The translations under genes were made by a program, and so were the position numbers. Below, one piece after another: positions 1 to 13,404 of a stretch of DNA of 64,000 bases. How positions within the stretch are numbered: position 1 is the stretch's first letter; each line of letters opens with the position of its first letter. The stretch is from the human T2T-CHM13v2.0 reference genome, Homo sapiens, in assembly GCF_009914755.1 (NCBI RefSeq), contig NC_060939.1, one strand, 5' to 3'. A model generated the notes under the pieces. The model saw only the letters and a list, made by a program, of their open reading frames with translations, did not search any database and was not told the DNA's origin.

Positions 1-365
1 GTGATTTCACCTTTTGGTTCCTAGATCCATGTATTTGCCGTACTAGAGACACAGTGCCATGTAGAAATCTCTGATTAGTGCCTATACTAAATACTGAGAG
101 ATGTCATGCCATCCTTGCAGATTATTGTCTCTGAGCTGCTGATTTCGCTGTGACTTAAGTAGGCTTTTCCAGTACTCTATGAGGCCAACTTCACCTAAAT
201 AGTGCAGTATATGATAAAACAATTAGACCTCATGGACATGGCCTATTCCTGTACCTCCTTTTCTATAAAGTAAGTTTTCTTGTGGATGCTCTGCTAGGTG
301 GGATTCTGTGACTAGAGAGGCATTCTGCTAGTGGTGCCAGCTAAATCTTTGCAGACAGGAAAGGC
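1..365 (-). mobile_element. ERVL-class internal fragment (ERV3-16A3-int/MLT-int-like)
   Basis: GGTTCCTAGATCCATGTATT...ACAGTGCCAT resembles decayed ERVL internal sequence; abuts an LTR16-like segment. Confidence 0.45.
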
Positions 366-369
366 CAGG

Positions 370-540
370 TTCTAGTACCTGCTCAATCAAAGCCTGGAAG
401 CAGCCAGGGGAAGCGTGGCTTATCACGAACTCCACAGTGGATCCAAAGGTGTGGCAGCTGAAGGCTGTCAGTCAGCTGCGCTCTCCACAGCAGGTGCTTT
501 TGAGGAGAGATCTGAGTGGAACACTTGTAAGGCTGCCAGA
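370..540 (-). mobile_element. LTR16-like (ERVL) LTR, 5' part
   Basis: Reverse complement reads TGGCAGCC...CTCAGATCTCTCCTCAAAAGCACCTGCTG...GCTGACTGACAGCCTTCAGCTGCCACACCTTTGGATCCAC, matching the LTR16 start. Confidence 0.65.
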
Positions 541-1250
541 GCAAGACAGTGACTCTCACAAAATCATATGAGGAGCGGGAACATTTGCAGCGCCCTGCTG
601 GAGTAAGAAATGTAGAATAAAGAGTTATTCAAACTTAGAATAGTACTTGAAGGAGAACCTACCTAAATTTGTGAAAGTCTAAATTATAAACAATACTGTT
701 TTTAAGGAAATGCCTTAATTTACTTCCAAACAAATATTCTAATCTTGAGCATACTAACATACTGATATTGAATCCTGGCTAAGGGTTTTACTATAAGTTA
801 ATAGAGGAAACATTTTTAACTAGTAGTATTTATTTGCCTACATGTAATTTGCTCAAATTTTAAGGACAGTTCATTTACCAAGACCCCTACATTCATAATT
901 TTCCACATGGATAGTGTAAAGGCAACTTCAGCCCAGTAAATGTCAATAAATTAAAAGACTTTTTTCTTTTGATTAGTGCAGTCTAAAGTAATTCTTTTTG
1001 CAATATATTAAAATGACTTGCTCAAGATTCACTTTTCAAAGGCATTGTGAGCTTACTTCCTACAGTCTGAGACTGTTACATATGAGTAACTGTGGATTAG
1101 CTTGTAGGGCCAGCAAAATAGGTGAACAGAAAATCAGCCTCAAAAAACCTCCATCCTTTGCCAATTTACTTAAGGAAAACTCTCCATAGCCAAACACTGT
1201 TGCTGGTAATAAAAGCTGCAAGCTGTCACTGAATTCTGCTTTCTTGGCAG

Positions 1251-1392
1251 CACATCTCGATATACTGATTGATAAAGACTCAGATAATCAAATCAAGAAT
1301 GCTACAGGTGGTTACTCCTCAGAAACCTTGAAAGGATTTAAATTCATTCTGCTTAAAGTCATGCCATACAGGAAGCCATCAGAAGTTGCCTG
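1251..1392 (+). other. Candidate spliced exon (142 nt)
   Basis: Acceptor TTCTGCTTTCTTGGCAG ending at 1250; donor CTG|GTAAGG at 1393; unique sequence; one frame is open but the peptide is unrecognised. Confidence 0.25.
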
Positions 1393-1479
1393 GTAAGGAT
1401 TTAAGAAAAAAGGAATTAAGTGGTTATTTGGGTCATAAATTTTAGGGCATCAGGTTATGAGTATCTGATGTATTTATAT

Positions 1480-1682
1480 TAATAATTACAGCTTACCATG
1501 GGCCAGTCACTCTTTTAAATGCCACAGCAAATTTATGAAGTAGGATATATTATTATCCTCATTTGCACATGAGGAAACTGTGCACAAAGACGTTAAATGG
1601 ACTGCCAAAAATCCTAAAGCTAGTAAGTGCCAGTACCAGTATTCAAACCTAGGCAGTCTAGCTCTTAACCGCTATACTATAT
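1480..1682 (-). mobile_element. MIR SINE
   Basis: MIR core in reverse: ATCCTCATTTGCACATGAGGAAACTG...ATTCAAACCTAGGCAGTCT...CTCTTAACC. Confidence 0.85.
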
Positions 1683-2098
1683 CTTCCATTGAAATGGACA
1701 GCTGGTTATTTTGACTAAATATCCTAAGATATGTTTGGAAGGGAATTACCATCACTGACCTCTTAAATCTCCTTTTTCTGTACTTCCAAGCTGATCAACT
1801 CTTTTTTTGTGAAAGACTCAAATTGTTGTGTTGTATTACATGAATCGATATATGGGATAATTGCTAAACATTATAGACCTGAGAGTCATTCTATCTCTTT
1901 TAGAAATCTTTTTCTTTATTCCATAATGGATAATGACAAATTCAAAAGCTTTAGGAAGTAGGCAGATAACATAAGTGAGGGAGATGGCTTGGTATAAGAC
2001 AATTTGAAATGGCGAGAACTGTGGCAAACCACTACTCACTCGTCACTTGGCTCCAGCTGCTCTGTGCAAATGTGGATCCAATGTTATCAGATATTTTA

Positions 2099-2400
<302 letters not shown>

Positions 2401-2689
2401 AGATATTTGAAATTTTACCTTAAGGGTAAGTTATTACCTCTGCAAATAGCTCATTTCTTCATCGTCTGTTTTACTCTATTCAGTTTCAGAGAGAGACCAC
2501 AGTCTTGACTTTATTTTCAAGTTCTGTGAATCCATTATTTTTAGAGCTTTTACCTCTTTACAGTCTCCATGTATATATTCAATAATGTAAAATATGTTAA
2601 CAGTTCATTGTTTGGACTGTGTCCTTTTTACAGACAATTGACTATATAAAAGGCTGAAGGGCTTTTCCAGTATATCCCTAGTACTACAA

Positions 2690-2860
2690 AGTACGTTTTG
2701 GAGTCAGACAAATCTGAGTTTGAATTCTGTTTCTGAGACATTAACTTGTAATTTCAGCAAGATGTTTTTTCTTCATCTGTACAATAGGGTTACTTATACC
2801 TCCTAATTAGATGAGGATTAAATATATATAAATACACTGATCATAGCAGCTGTCATATGC
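2690..2860 (+). mobile_element. MIR SINE (decayed)
   Basis: TTTGGAGTCAGACAAATCTGAGTTTGAAT...CTTCATCTGTACAATAGGG...GAGGATTAAAT. Confidence 0.7.
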
Positions 2861-2914
2861 AAATTCTGCAGCAAACAAAAAATTAAAAAACAATGAGTTA
2901 TCATTAATAAGTCA

Positions 2915-3261
<347 letters not shown>

Positions 3262-3276
3262 AAAATACTCAAAAAG

Positions 3277-3655
3277 GACATTTATATGTAACTATATCAA
3301 AATCAAAAAGGAGATTTATATGGAATCATATAAAAATAGCCTAAAAGAAGTCAGAAAAAAAGAGGAAGAAAAACCGAGACAAAAAACAAATACCAAGATG
3401 ATAGATTTAAACCCAACATCAATAATCACATTAAATGTAAATATCTTAACACTTAAAATTCATATTGAAACACTGAACAAGAAAGGAAGTTCCAACCATA
3501 CCCTGTCTATAAGAAACTCACTTTAAATATCAAGACACAGGCAGATTAAAAGTAAAAGGATAGAAAAAAAGATAAATACTATGCAAATACTACTCAAAAG
3601 AAAGCTAGAGTGGCTATATGCATATCAGACAATGTAGATTTCAGAGCAAGGAATA
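3277..3655 (+). mobile_element. Old L1M fragment, start of ORF2 (endonuclease)
   Basis: Translates to SIITLNVN; downstream AAAGCTAGAGTGGCTATATGCATATCAGACAATGTAGATTTC resembles the KAGVAILISDKVDF motif; degraded. Confidence 0.85.
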
Positions 3656-4599
3656 AAATTAGTCTTTTCCCGCCTTAGAACTTCAGTCCCCCAGGTCTCT
3701 TCCTGTGAGGCAGCACATTACCCATTTTTCTGTATCTTTCCAGGATGAGTTTATGAATATATAAGCATATATCACTTTTATTTTCTACCGAGGGGAGCAT
3801 ACTATATTCACTGTTCTGTACTTTGTTTTTCCACATATATCTAGGACATTATTCTGTAGTACCACTCCGTATAGATTTATCTCATTCAGTTTAACTATTG
3901 TATAGTGAAGAATATAGATTTTTTGAAGTCTTTATTAAACATATTAGGGTCTCTAAATTCTAGCTAACATGGTAAAGCACCTCCAAAATATGACTGTAAT
4001 ATAACTTAAAGAACACTGGACACATGCCTGTCCAGTGCATTCAAAACTGAGGTCAATATCTCATCACGCCACCTTCCTGCCCTTGTCACCCCAATTCATT
4101 CTTCCACCAATTTCTTGTTTTTTAAGGACATCACCCTCCACCAATCTGGTCTCTAAAGTAATTGTTAACTTTCCTTCGTTCACTTTCTTCCCCCAATTAG
4201 TAGCCAGAGTCCTATACATTCTACTGTTAAGGTGTCTCAGTAGTTTGGAGATGGATGGTGAAGATCTTTTTGAATTTCATTGTCACTTAGTGTATTGAAT
4301 ATAAGACTTTCTGCATCCAATTCCAGTTTCCATTGCCAGATATCTTTTCTATAGTATTGCATCGTAGAATAACTTTAGAGTATTTAAAAATGATAAATTG
4401 ATATTTTTAGTATTCCTACCTGAAAAGTTTTTTTCTAGAGTCTTTTTAAATAATTTAACTCACTGTTCATCTGATTTAAGAAGATGTCTGGGGTCTGGTG
4501 GGATATATAGTGTTGTGTAATTGTAAGTTGGATTTACAGATCATCTTTTTTTTTGAAAAGCTACCAGTGCTTTAACAAGTTTTGTTTTGTTTTTCCTAA

Positions 4600-4750
4600 T
4601 ATTCCTGTGAAGTAGATTGAAGAAAATATTTTCTTTTCAATTTACAAATGAAAGAACAGAAACACAGATATATCAGTTAATTAGTGCTTGGCTACACAGG
4701 ATGTTAGTGGCAGCACTGGGACTAGAACCCAGGTTTCCTGACATTCAAGC
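4600..4750 (-). mobile_element. MIR SINE
   Basis: TTTACAAATGAAAGAACAGAAACACAGA...AGTGGCAGCACTGGGACTAGAACCCAGGTTTCCTGAC. Confidence 0.75.
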
Positions 4751-5753
4751 TGGATTATAAATTTCAGGATCATAAAACTGTCTACCCTGCAATTTTTAAA
4801 AAGAAATGGCATATGCTCTCACATTCTGAATTTCTAGCACTGTAATAATAATCCATTAAAAAAGAAAAAAAAAGCCTTCCTTTGAGAATCTCGTTGGAAA
4901 AGAACATTTTGCAAGAAAAGTAGGGAATACATACATACATATTCAACCACTGATTTCTCTTCATCAAGAACTTCTCTGTAAAATGAGCTTAAAATATGAT
5001 GACATCAGGCCCAATGTTACACCTATTTTTATTCCTCAAATATTGTCCAAACATATAAATGTTCTGGACTCTAAATCAATCATTTGAAACTGGTCGGCTA
5101 CAGCTTTGAAAATATTGGAAGCATCATGAACATCATGCCCATCTGTCATTTTTTTTCATCATAGAACATATATAGCCTGCAATCATTCATAGCAATATCT
5201 CATGGCTCTGGTAAAAGCTCATGAATAGCCTTCTCTATTCATTCTCTCTTTAGCCTTCTCTACTCAGCTGCTATTTCTGAGTAATTAGATGTATTCAAAA
5301 GTCCAACAAACTAAATTCTAAGTGGCAACTCAATGGCAACAGGAATAGTTGAATAAATTACTTTATTTAAGTGGAAAACCCATTTTCCTCTGAAGTAGAG
5401 CAATTTGCAAGAAGAACTTAAAAAACCAGCCTATAAAAAGAGAATTTAAACTTTGAAAATTTTATTGCAATTATAGTAATATGTTAGAATTTGATTAAAC
5501 ATTTTAATTACAATCACTTTGAGCTTTCATTTCATCAGTAAAATTTCTATTCATTGGCTTTGCCTTTTTGGTGGAACCAGATAGATTAAAATTTTATTGT
5601 GTTTAGCAGTTATACAAAAGTAAACCTTTTTTGTTGCAAACCACTGAGACTTTAGAGGTCGCTGAGTTATCTCAGGGACTAAAGAGTCTTGCCAGTTTGT
5701 ATGGGCAGCAACCTAGCAAGCATGTGTAGAAGTGGCTTCTAAGGGTGTTAGGA

Positions 5754-5823
5754 GAGAATTAACTGTGAAATTGAATTAGGCAAACTGTAAAGGAGAATTA
5801 ACTGTAAAATTGAATTAGGCAAA
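5754..5823. repeat. Direct repeat, 31 bp x2 (period 39)
   Basis: GAGAATTAACTGT(G/A)AAATTGAATTAGGCAAA at 5754-5784 and 5793-5823, one mismatch. Confidence 0.9.
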
Positions 5824-6138
5824 ATTTACCTTATCCTCACAGATAAAATACATCGCACATTTTTTCTTTTTAATGTTTTAGTTCACAGACTTCTTGATGC
5901 AAAGACACAGAGGACCCTATTTGCCAAAACATAAATAAACACATACTTGCCTCTCTACTTTCAGATGTATGATCATTAATATCTCACACAACAAACTTTC
6001 TTCAGTTATCTCAGGCTGGGTAAGATACCCTTTTATCTGGTGCCATAGCACGTTACACTTTGTGGTTATAATTTATTAAATGTCTGTATTCTTGAGTATA
6101 TTGTCAGTTTCATGAAAGCAAAGAATGTCCAGTTCTAT

Positions 6139-6625
6139 TGTACCAGTCAGTCTAGTGGCAGGAGACAGATTTGAAAGATATTGAATGAAGGGACTTTTCA
6201 TAGTGCTGTGGGAAACTAAGGAATTATCAGGAATGTTGAAATTTCCACAAACTAGCAACATAGGAAAGCAATAGCATCAATAGGTCTGAATAAGCAGGGA
6301 GAGAAAATGGTATCATTAGATCTTTTCAGAGGCTGGGGTAATAGAAAATGGGGTCAGTCAATAGGAGCTCTAGTAATAGGGGGAATACAGCCACCACCAC
6401 AATAGTGCACCAAGAAAGGGAAATCACGAGTGAAGAAGTAGACTCATCTCTTCTTCATCCACACTGCCATCTCCTGCCAGTGCGTCCCGCTGGCTGAATC
6501 CCACACAAAGTTAGACGGTAAGGGAGCTTTTTAATGCAGTTTACAGAGATCAGCCCTTGGGGCAGAGAACAAGGCAGAGGATGAAGGATGGGTCTTGGGA
6601 GGGCAAACAGAATAACCTACACACC
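6139..6625 (-). mobile_element. LTR33-like (ERVL) LTR
   Basis: CTCCTGCCAGTGCGTCCCGCTGGCTGAATCC...AAGGGAGC...ATGCAGTTTACAGAGATCAGCC...GGAGGGCAAAC. Confidence 0.7.
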
Positions 6626-6978
6626 TCCTTATTACTATATGGCCAGTTCTTGTTTGTTTACCTGGTACATAGAAAATGTTTAAAGATATTTGTTGGGTAT
6701 AAGAATGAATAGCATAGACATTAAATGTAATTAATGTAAGCAAGATTAGGCTGCATTTCTTATTCTTTTAGGAAATTATTTTACTTCAACAACTTGTCTT
6801 GTTGCTGAATATGATTGTGAGAGTCTTTTAGCTATTTATATTAAATGTTTCAGAAACCACATTTTGAATTCCTGTGAAGAACACTAAGAAGTATAGTAAT
6901 TGGGGATGCAATTGTGAGAGAGATCATATTGGTATGAAAGAAAAAATGAGGTGGCTCATTTGAACATGTTTGTTGGGT

Positions 6979-7051
6979 AGATAAGTGAAGAAGATGAGTC
7001 ACAAATTGTAATTCATGACATGCAGTTACAACACGATGACTCAGCTTATCA
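6979..7051. promoter_or_regulatory. Putative enhancer motifs: GATA + AP-1 + NFE2/ARE-like + GATA
   Basis: AGATAA 6979, TGAGTCA 6995, ATGACTCAGC 7036, TTATCA 7046; motif evidence only. Confidence 0.3.
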
Positions 7052-7304
7052 CTGGCATAGGTATTGGGTGGAGTGTCAGCTGGGGCAAAACAGTAGGAGA
7101 TCATGTGGCTATGGTATTGATTACGATGGCGATGATGATGACAAAGATTGTGAGGTGGGCTGACCATCTCTGTGTTGTAAAACTTATTTAAAAAAAGATA
7201 AGCTTGGTACTCTTAAAACAAAGCATGGAGAGACTATCAGAAAGTTTTAATGAATATTTTAAGCAAGACTTCTTAACGTAGGGTCCACAATTAGGATACA
7301 GATT

Positions 7305-7764
<460 letters not shown>

Positions 7765-9195
7765 TCAAGATACCGAGTCTATAGGAGTTTAAGAGTTTTT
7801 AGAGGATTACCAAGTTTATGCATACCAAACTGGCTTAATATTAATCATAACCAGAGGTGTGGTTATTTTTATATTATTCCTAAAAATTAAGATAATCTCA
7901 ACCAAATGTGTCATGAAAAACTTTTACCAGTGATTTAAAAATCTATGTTAATCATTAAGAGCAAATAAACTGATGTTTGAAAGCATTTAAGAGTTTCAGG
8001 CATAAAATACTTCACAACAAACTATGCTGTTATTTTTAAAATAATGTACAGTAAGTAACGGGCTCTGACCCACTGAAGAAAGACAACTAAAAGCATTTAC
8101 TAAGTTAGATGATTCTATCCTGCAAGATGTAATATCGTGGAAATCTGGCATTTTCACAATTTACTTTGTCGGGGGAAAGTACCATATTCTCTGAGATGCT
8201 GGCTTGGGTCCCTCTGCCATCATAGTAAAAAATACCCTTAGTGTTCTGGGTTATAATTTCCCTGTCAATATAATGCAAATCCTAAAGACCATCTGTTTTC
8301 ATTCTGCAAAGTGTGTTATAGCAGTCTTGCAAATAATTTTCAAAAATTGAATTGCTCAGTATTTTCCCTACCTGCCCTCACCTCAGGATGTATATATTTG
8401 GACAGTAAATTTATAGTTGTTATTATTCCTGATGCCCACATGGTTCCTTGCAGTGACAAGTGATTACGGAAATATTTGTAAGGCTTGTGTAGAGACTATA
8501 AGGAAGAACAAAATGTTTACATGGAATCCAGTCTGTTCAAAAGCATTTTATTAATGAGGAATTTATTTTTAATGTATTTTTATATAGGCCAATTACTTGT
8601 CTAATTTATGTTTAAAAATTCTCTAGAAATACCTTTTCTTGTTTTAATTGGCAGTTTTATTGGGATTGCATTGACAACAGCCCTCATTAATATAACATTC
8701 ATTGCTCTGAAAGAAACCTAAGATGATATGCTGCAGTGCATAAAAATACCTCAAACAACTCTGCACCTTCTTCCCAACATTCACAATCAGTAAAATCAAA
8801 AATTTGAGAGAGAAATTAATAAGTTGACCAGCCAATAACATTCAAAAAGAAACTCTACTACTAAAAACCTTGACCTCTTAATTAGGTCCTCTCTTCCATT
8901 TTAAACATAAACATGCACAGGCTTATGTACATCTTCATATCAATGTATTTAAAGGACAAACATGCTTTCGCAGACTTAAACTACCTTACAGATCCTCAAA
9001 GAGGCAAAAGATCTAGGAAACTGTTCAGTTAATAGAGAACCAATAATTATTTTAATTAAAAATATTTGTAATCGATATCCCAGTGATTACTAAAATATGT
9101 GAAAGAATGTGAAACAAGCAAAAGAGAAAAAATCACAAATCCATTTATTTCTCGAAAATCAAAACATTATATTGGGAAATCTGTTACTTACTCAC

Positions 9196-9345
9196 CTGCC
9201 AAGTTCTAAGATTAGAAATCTTTGTTTTCACTGCAACAGTTGATGCTACTGAAAACTGCTATGTCACTTGAGGAACCTGCTTCCTGTTCTGTTTCAGATG
9301 TTTCTTCTTCATTAACTTTTTAATTAAAAAGCTTTACAGATCACC
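9196..9345 (-). other. Candidate non-coding/UTR exon (150 nt)
   Basis: Minus-strand acceptor TTCTTATTTTCTAAGTTTAG|G; consensus donor CAG|GTGAGT; GAAGAAGAA purine-rich body; stops in all three frames. Confidence 0.35.
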
Positions 9346-10819
9346 CTAAACTTAGAAAATAAGAATAATGCTCTCAGTTTTTTTCTCTCTTTTGTGTGTG
9401 TTTATATAATCTGTAATTCTCCAGCTCTATTAAAATAAGTGCCTTCCTGCAAGCTGAAATAAGCCTAAAGTATAATGTGTCTTGGTTCTCTAATTATCTC
9501 ATGGATTTCTACCATTGTATTAATTCATCTCTAAACTTCATGGATCTGTTGACTTTACTGGCTCTCAATATCATCTGCTTTCAGTGTTGTTCATAGTTAA
9601 AAAAAATTAAATCAACCTTTTCCTATAGGTTTCATTTGAACATGACTTGACCAATCACCACAGCCAACTAGTTACCATTTTATTAAGGTGTTATTTCTTG
9701 GCTATCTCCTGTATGCATAACATTACCATGATATATTTATGTCTTTGAGACTGAGAGAAATGTAATAAACCACTAACAGTATCATGGGTCGAAAGGCCAG
9801 AGTCTGCTGATAACCCTTCTTTTGTAAAGCATATGAAACTCTCCCTAGTAGGGTCCTTCCATTTAGTTAAGTTCAAGGGCCCAGAACAATTCTATAACTT
9901 GATATAACCTGATAATGTTAGAAGGAAATAATTCAGTGATACAACAAATTGTGCATGCTTGAGGGAATTTGAAATCTATCCATAAACAATATAAAACCCA
10001 TAATCTCTGCCAATGGATTTGGGACCAAACTTAACTTTTTGTTGCATCTTCAAATTCTACAACTTTCCTATGATTTAAAATGTCTTCTTCAGAACTCCGG
10101 AATAATTTTTTTTAATAAAAGGATCTTCTCTTTCCCCATACACCATCATATAACAGATTTAGAGAAAGCTCCAAAGATTAAGGAATGTGTGTAAAAGATC
10201 TTAAACAACAGAGCTGTTTTTGTTCACTCTCCTGTCTCTGGGACAAAGAAAAATGAGGACATAGATGACATATACGGATAAAGGAAACAGATTTCCATTG
10301 GTAAGCCTTTATGGGACCATTGAAAACAAGAGTATGAAAAGAAGTTTTAAAAGTTATGAGGAGCACATTCAGAGAAGACCAAATGAAAGCAAGCAATTAT
10401 TGGGTAACAGCAGAAACGGAGCATATGCCAAGGCCTGCTATCTCTCTCATGCCTCTTTTGTAAGAGAAATTGCTTTCTATTACTATGTAACTCTATCCTG
10501 AACTTTGCAGCCTTTGGAGGAAAGAAAGGTGCTCAGGAAGTAAAATTAGGACTATCATTACTGGTAGAGGAATGAGACACTAGTGGGTTTATTGTTTAGA
10601 AACCATCCCAAGTAAGGATACCAAAGCAAGGAAAGTAAATTTTGTCTGAAAATAACTTTGATACAAAGAACATGTTGCTGCTGTAAGTCCATAAACTACA
10701 TACTGTACTGAAATAATCTCATGGACAATATGAAATGACATTTAAAAATTTTTTTTTATTCAAGAAGAAGAAATAAGTTTGGTAATTTATGCAAATGTTT
10801 AATCTGGCTAATTTAGAGA

Positions 10820-10998
10820 AGTAGTTGTGACCTTGGATAAATTAGTAATCTCACTTTGTGTGCCTCAGTTTCCCCATCCATAAAATGGGAATAACAATGA
10901 ACCTATCTCATAATTTGTTTTGTCGCTATTCACCTGTACAATGTATGTGAAACAGTTAGAGTTGTGCCTGTCACAGAGTAAACAATAAACATTATTAC
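10820..10998 (+). mobile_element. MIR SINE
   Basis: TGTGACCTTGG...GTGCCTCAGTTTCCCCATCCATAAAATGGGAATAACAAT. Confidence 0.85.
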
Positions 10999-11096
10999 CA
11001 TGCCCTTAAAAATATCCAGACATTTGCTTAAAATATCTGGATAACTGCTTCAATTGTCCAGTATATACTAATACAGATAGACTCTTTATGAATGCC

Positions 11097-11615
11097 TGGA
11101 ACAAGCTGAATAATGTCTTTCAAATATATCCAGGTAGGTCCTAACCCCTGGAACCTGTGAATATTACTTTATATGGCAGAAGGAACTTTGCAGATGTGAT
11201 TAAATTGAGGATCTTGAAATGGAGAGATTATCCTGAATTATCTAGGTGGGCCTTACATGCAATCACAAGTGTCCTTATGAGAGAGCAGCAGAGGGAGATT
11301 TGACTGCAGAACAGAATAGAAGGCAAGGTGATGACTGAAGCAAGATGATGCTTTGTTGCTGCCTTGGAAGATGGAGGAAAGGGCCACAAGTCTCGAATAC
11401 AAGGAATTCAGCTCTAGAAGCTGGAAAGGGCAAGGAAACAGACACATTCTCCACTAGACCCTCCAAAGAGGAAGTCCTGCTGACACCTTGAATTTTGCCC
11501 AGTTAGACTTGAGTTTGGACATCTGCCCTCTAGAACTATAAGACAATGAATTTCTGTTGTTTTATGCCAGTAGATTTGTGGTTATTTGTTACAGCAACCA
11601 TAGAAAACTAATACA
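11097..11615 (+). mobile_element. MLT1C/D MaLR solo LTR
   Basis: CCTGGAACCTGTGAATATTAC...TTTGCAGATGTGATTAA...; ends TTTGTTACAGCAACCATAGAAAACTAATACA. Confidence 0.9.
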
Positions 11616-12037
11616 ATGTTGTATCTTTTCTTTAGTTACCAAATTAATTAGTTACTTGACTAATTATTTACCTAATAGTTACCTAATTAAATATATATAC
11701 TAAGCATATGCTATGGAATGAAATGGGTGTGGGAAGTTGTGATTATCTAGTTTACACAGTCAAAATACTGATCTATTTTCTTGGATTTTACAAATTGATT
11801 TGGTTTTCCCCATCTCCACAAATATTTTATTTCAACTGTTTAGACAGAGCTATGGGCTTTTAGTGGAAGGCTCTTTAATTTTCTGCCTATGCTTCATTTA
11901 CCACCTCAAACATGTACTCTTTATTTATCTGAGGTCTGATAATATTACTCTTTAGATGGCAATCTTAAATATAGGCATAGAAACCTGCCAAATTTTAGAA
12001 AACAAGAAGTGAATGAGTCAGGCAGAGAAACACCTGA

Positions 12038-12165
12038 TATTGTGGAAAAAGTACTGGCTTTGGAGCCAGCTAAATCCAGGTTTGAATACTAGGCTACTAT
12101 GAACTTTGAGACCTTTATCATCTTTGAGTTGTAATTTCCTCCTGGGTAAAATAGGAATTTATAAA
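12038..12165 (+). mobile_element. MIR fragment
   Basis: GTGGAAAAAGTACTGGCTTTGGAGCCAG...GGTTTGAAT...TTTCCTCCTGGGTAAAATAGG. Confidence 0.65.
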
Positions 12166-13057
12166 TAGTCCCATATGTCATAAAAATCAATCCTCGTTTA
12201 TAACCAGGTTACAATGCTCCAAACACACATTCCTTTTAGTAGTAGGAATTCTAGTCTTTTTACCAGACATTTCCCTTATAGTAAGAATGGATTCTTCAGG
12301 TGAGTGGGTAGAGATTGGAAGATGTCCTTCCTTCTATGTTGCAGTACCCAGGATATGTCCTATAGCAGGTAGCTGGAACCCAAAGCAGCATTACAGAGAT
12401 TTTACATTTCAGCTCTTTTGATTCTTCCACCTTTGGTTATTTTTCCCTGGGCATAATCCCCAGTACTGAATTGAATGAATCCAGAAGGATGGTAATCCAG
12501 AATTTAGATAAATTAACAGTTGACAAAGCCATCAAGTGTTAGTTGAGAAGGAGATATCAGCTCTATCAGGAGAGCTTCTCAATCTTTTGCAGATGATATT
12601 ATGAAAGAACTGTGACCTCCTGGGAACTATCCCACAGTGTCACCCACTAAAACACAGTACTTGGCCCCAGTTTGATATCTACTCTCAGACTCTTCTTAGC
12701 GTAGAATATGATTCACCAGATTTGTAGATGTTTTCCTTAAGACCTACTATATTGCAAATTCTTCAGAATTTGTGATTCTCATGGATCTGGAGGCGACAGG
12801 CCTTTAAGCTGTCTTAGCAACATTTGCTTACCAGAACAGAATGATTTATCTGGTTTTCTGACAAAAATTTCAAGTCTCATGACTTTTTTCACTGAGTCAG
12901 ACATCTTACTGTGGAACAGCCAGTTCATTCATTAATAATATCTCATTGTCCATTTAAATCTACTAGTTAAAACATATAGCATTAGATTTTATTTCCATCA
13001 GGGAACAATCTCTATTGCCTACTAACTGGTCAAATAGAAACAGTCACCTGAACTTTA

Positions 13058-13176
13058 AGTGGTTCTTAACTTTTGGGATGACACACTTCTCATTACAATG
13101 AATATATGCAAAGCCCACAAAATGTGACATACAATAAATACCAAAAGGTCTATGGACTCTATATTAAGAACTCCTG
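13058..13176. mobile_element. Short hAT-Charlie non-autonomous relic (MER103/MER5-like)
   Basis: Imperfect terminal inverted repeats AGTGGTTCTTAAC ... TTAAGAACTCCTG. Confidence 0.5.
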
Positions 13177-13404
13177 AGATACAAAGAACTTTAAATATGG
13201 AGCAAGATTTTCAGACTGTATCTGTGTGACAATACAGATAAGGGTTCATACTGGATGTTTGTTTTACTATGAGAATGAGTTACATACAGTCAGTTGGATT
13301 GTGTATCTTCAATCCACTTGGGTAGTAGATTTGGCCAAAATAAATACTGTCTTTGATTTGGTGTCACAAATAGTTTTTTTTTAAATCCGTATTTATATTG
13401 CATA

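Noticed and set aside
7119-7145. GATTACGATGGCGATGATGATGACAAA translates to DYDGDDDDK, resembling a FLAG tag
   Set aside because: It is not DYKDDDDK, there is no vector or long ORF context, and a short (GAT)n run explains it.
8640-9040. Possible hAT-Charlie transposase relic (GAGAAATTAATAAGTTGACCAGCC)
   Set aside because: Similarity is too short to support without an HMM search.
12550-12615. TTTGCAGATGATATT (FADDI), like a LINE RT catalytic motif
   Set aside because: No other RT motifs could be traced nearby; may be chance or an unresolvable CR1/L3 relic (needs a Dfam nhmmer search).
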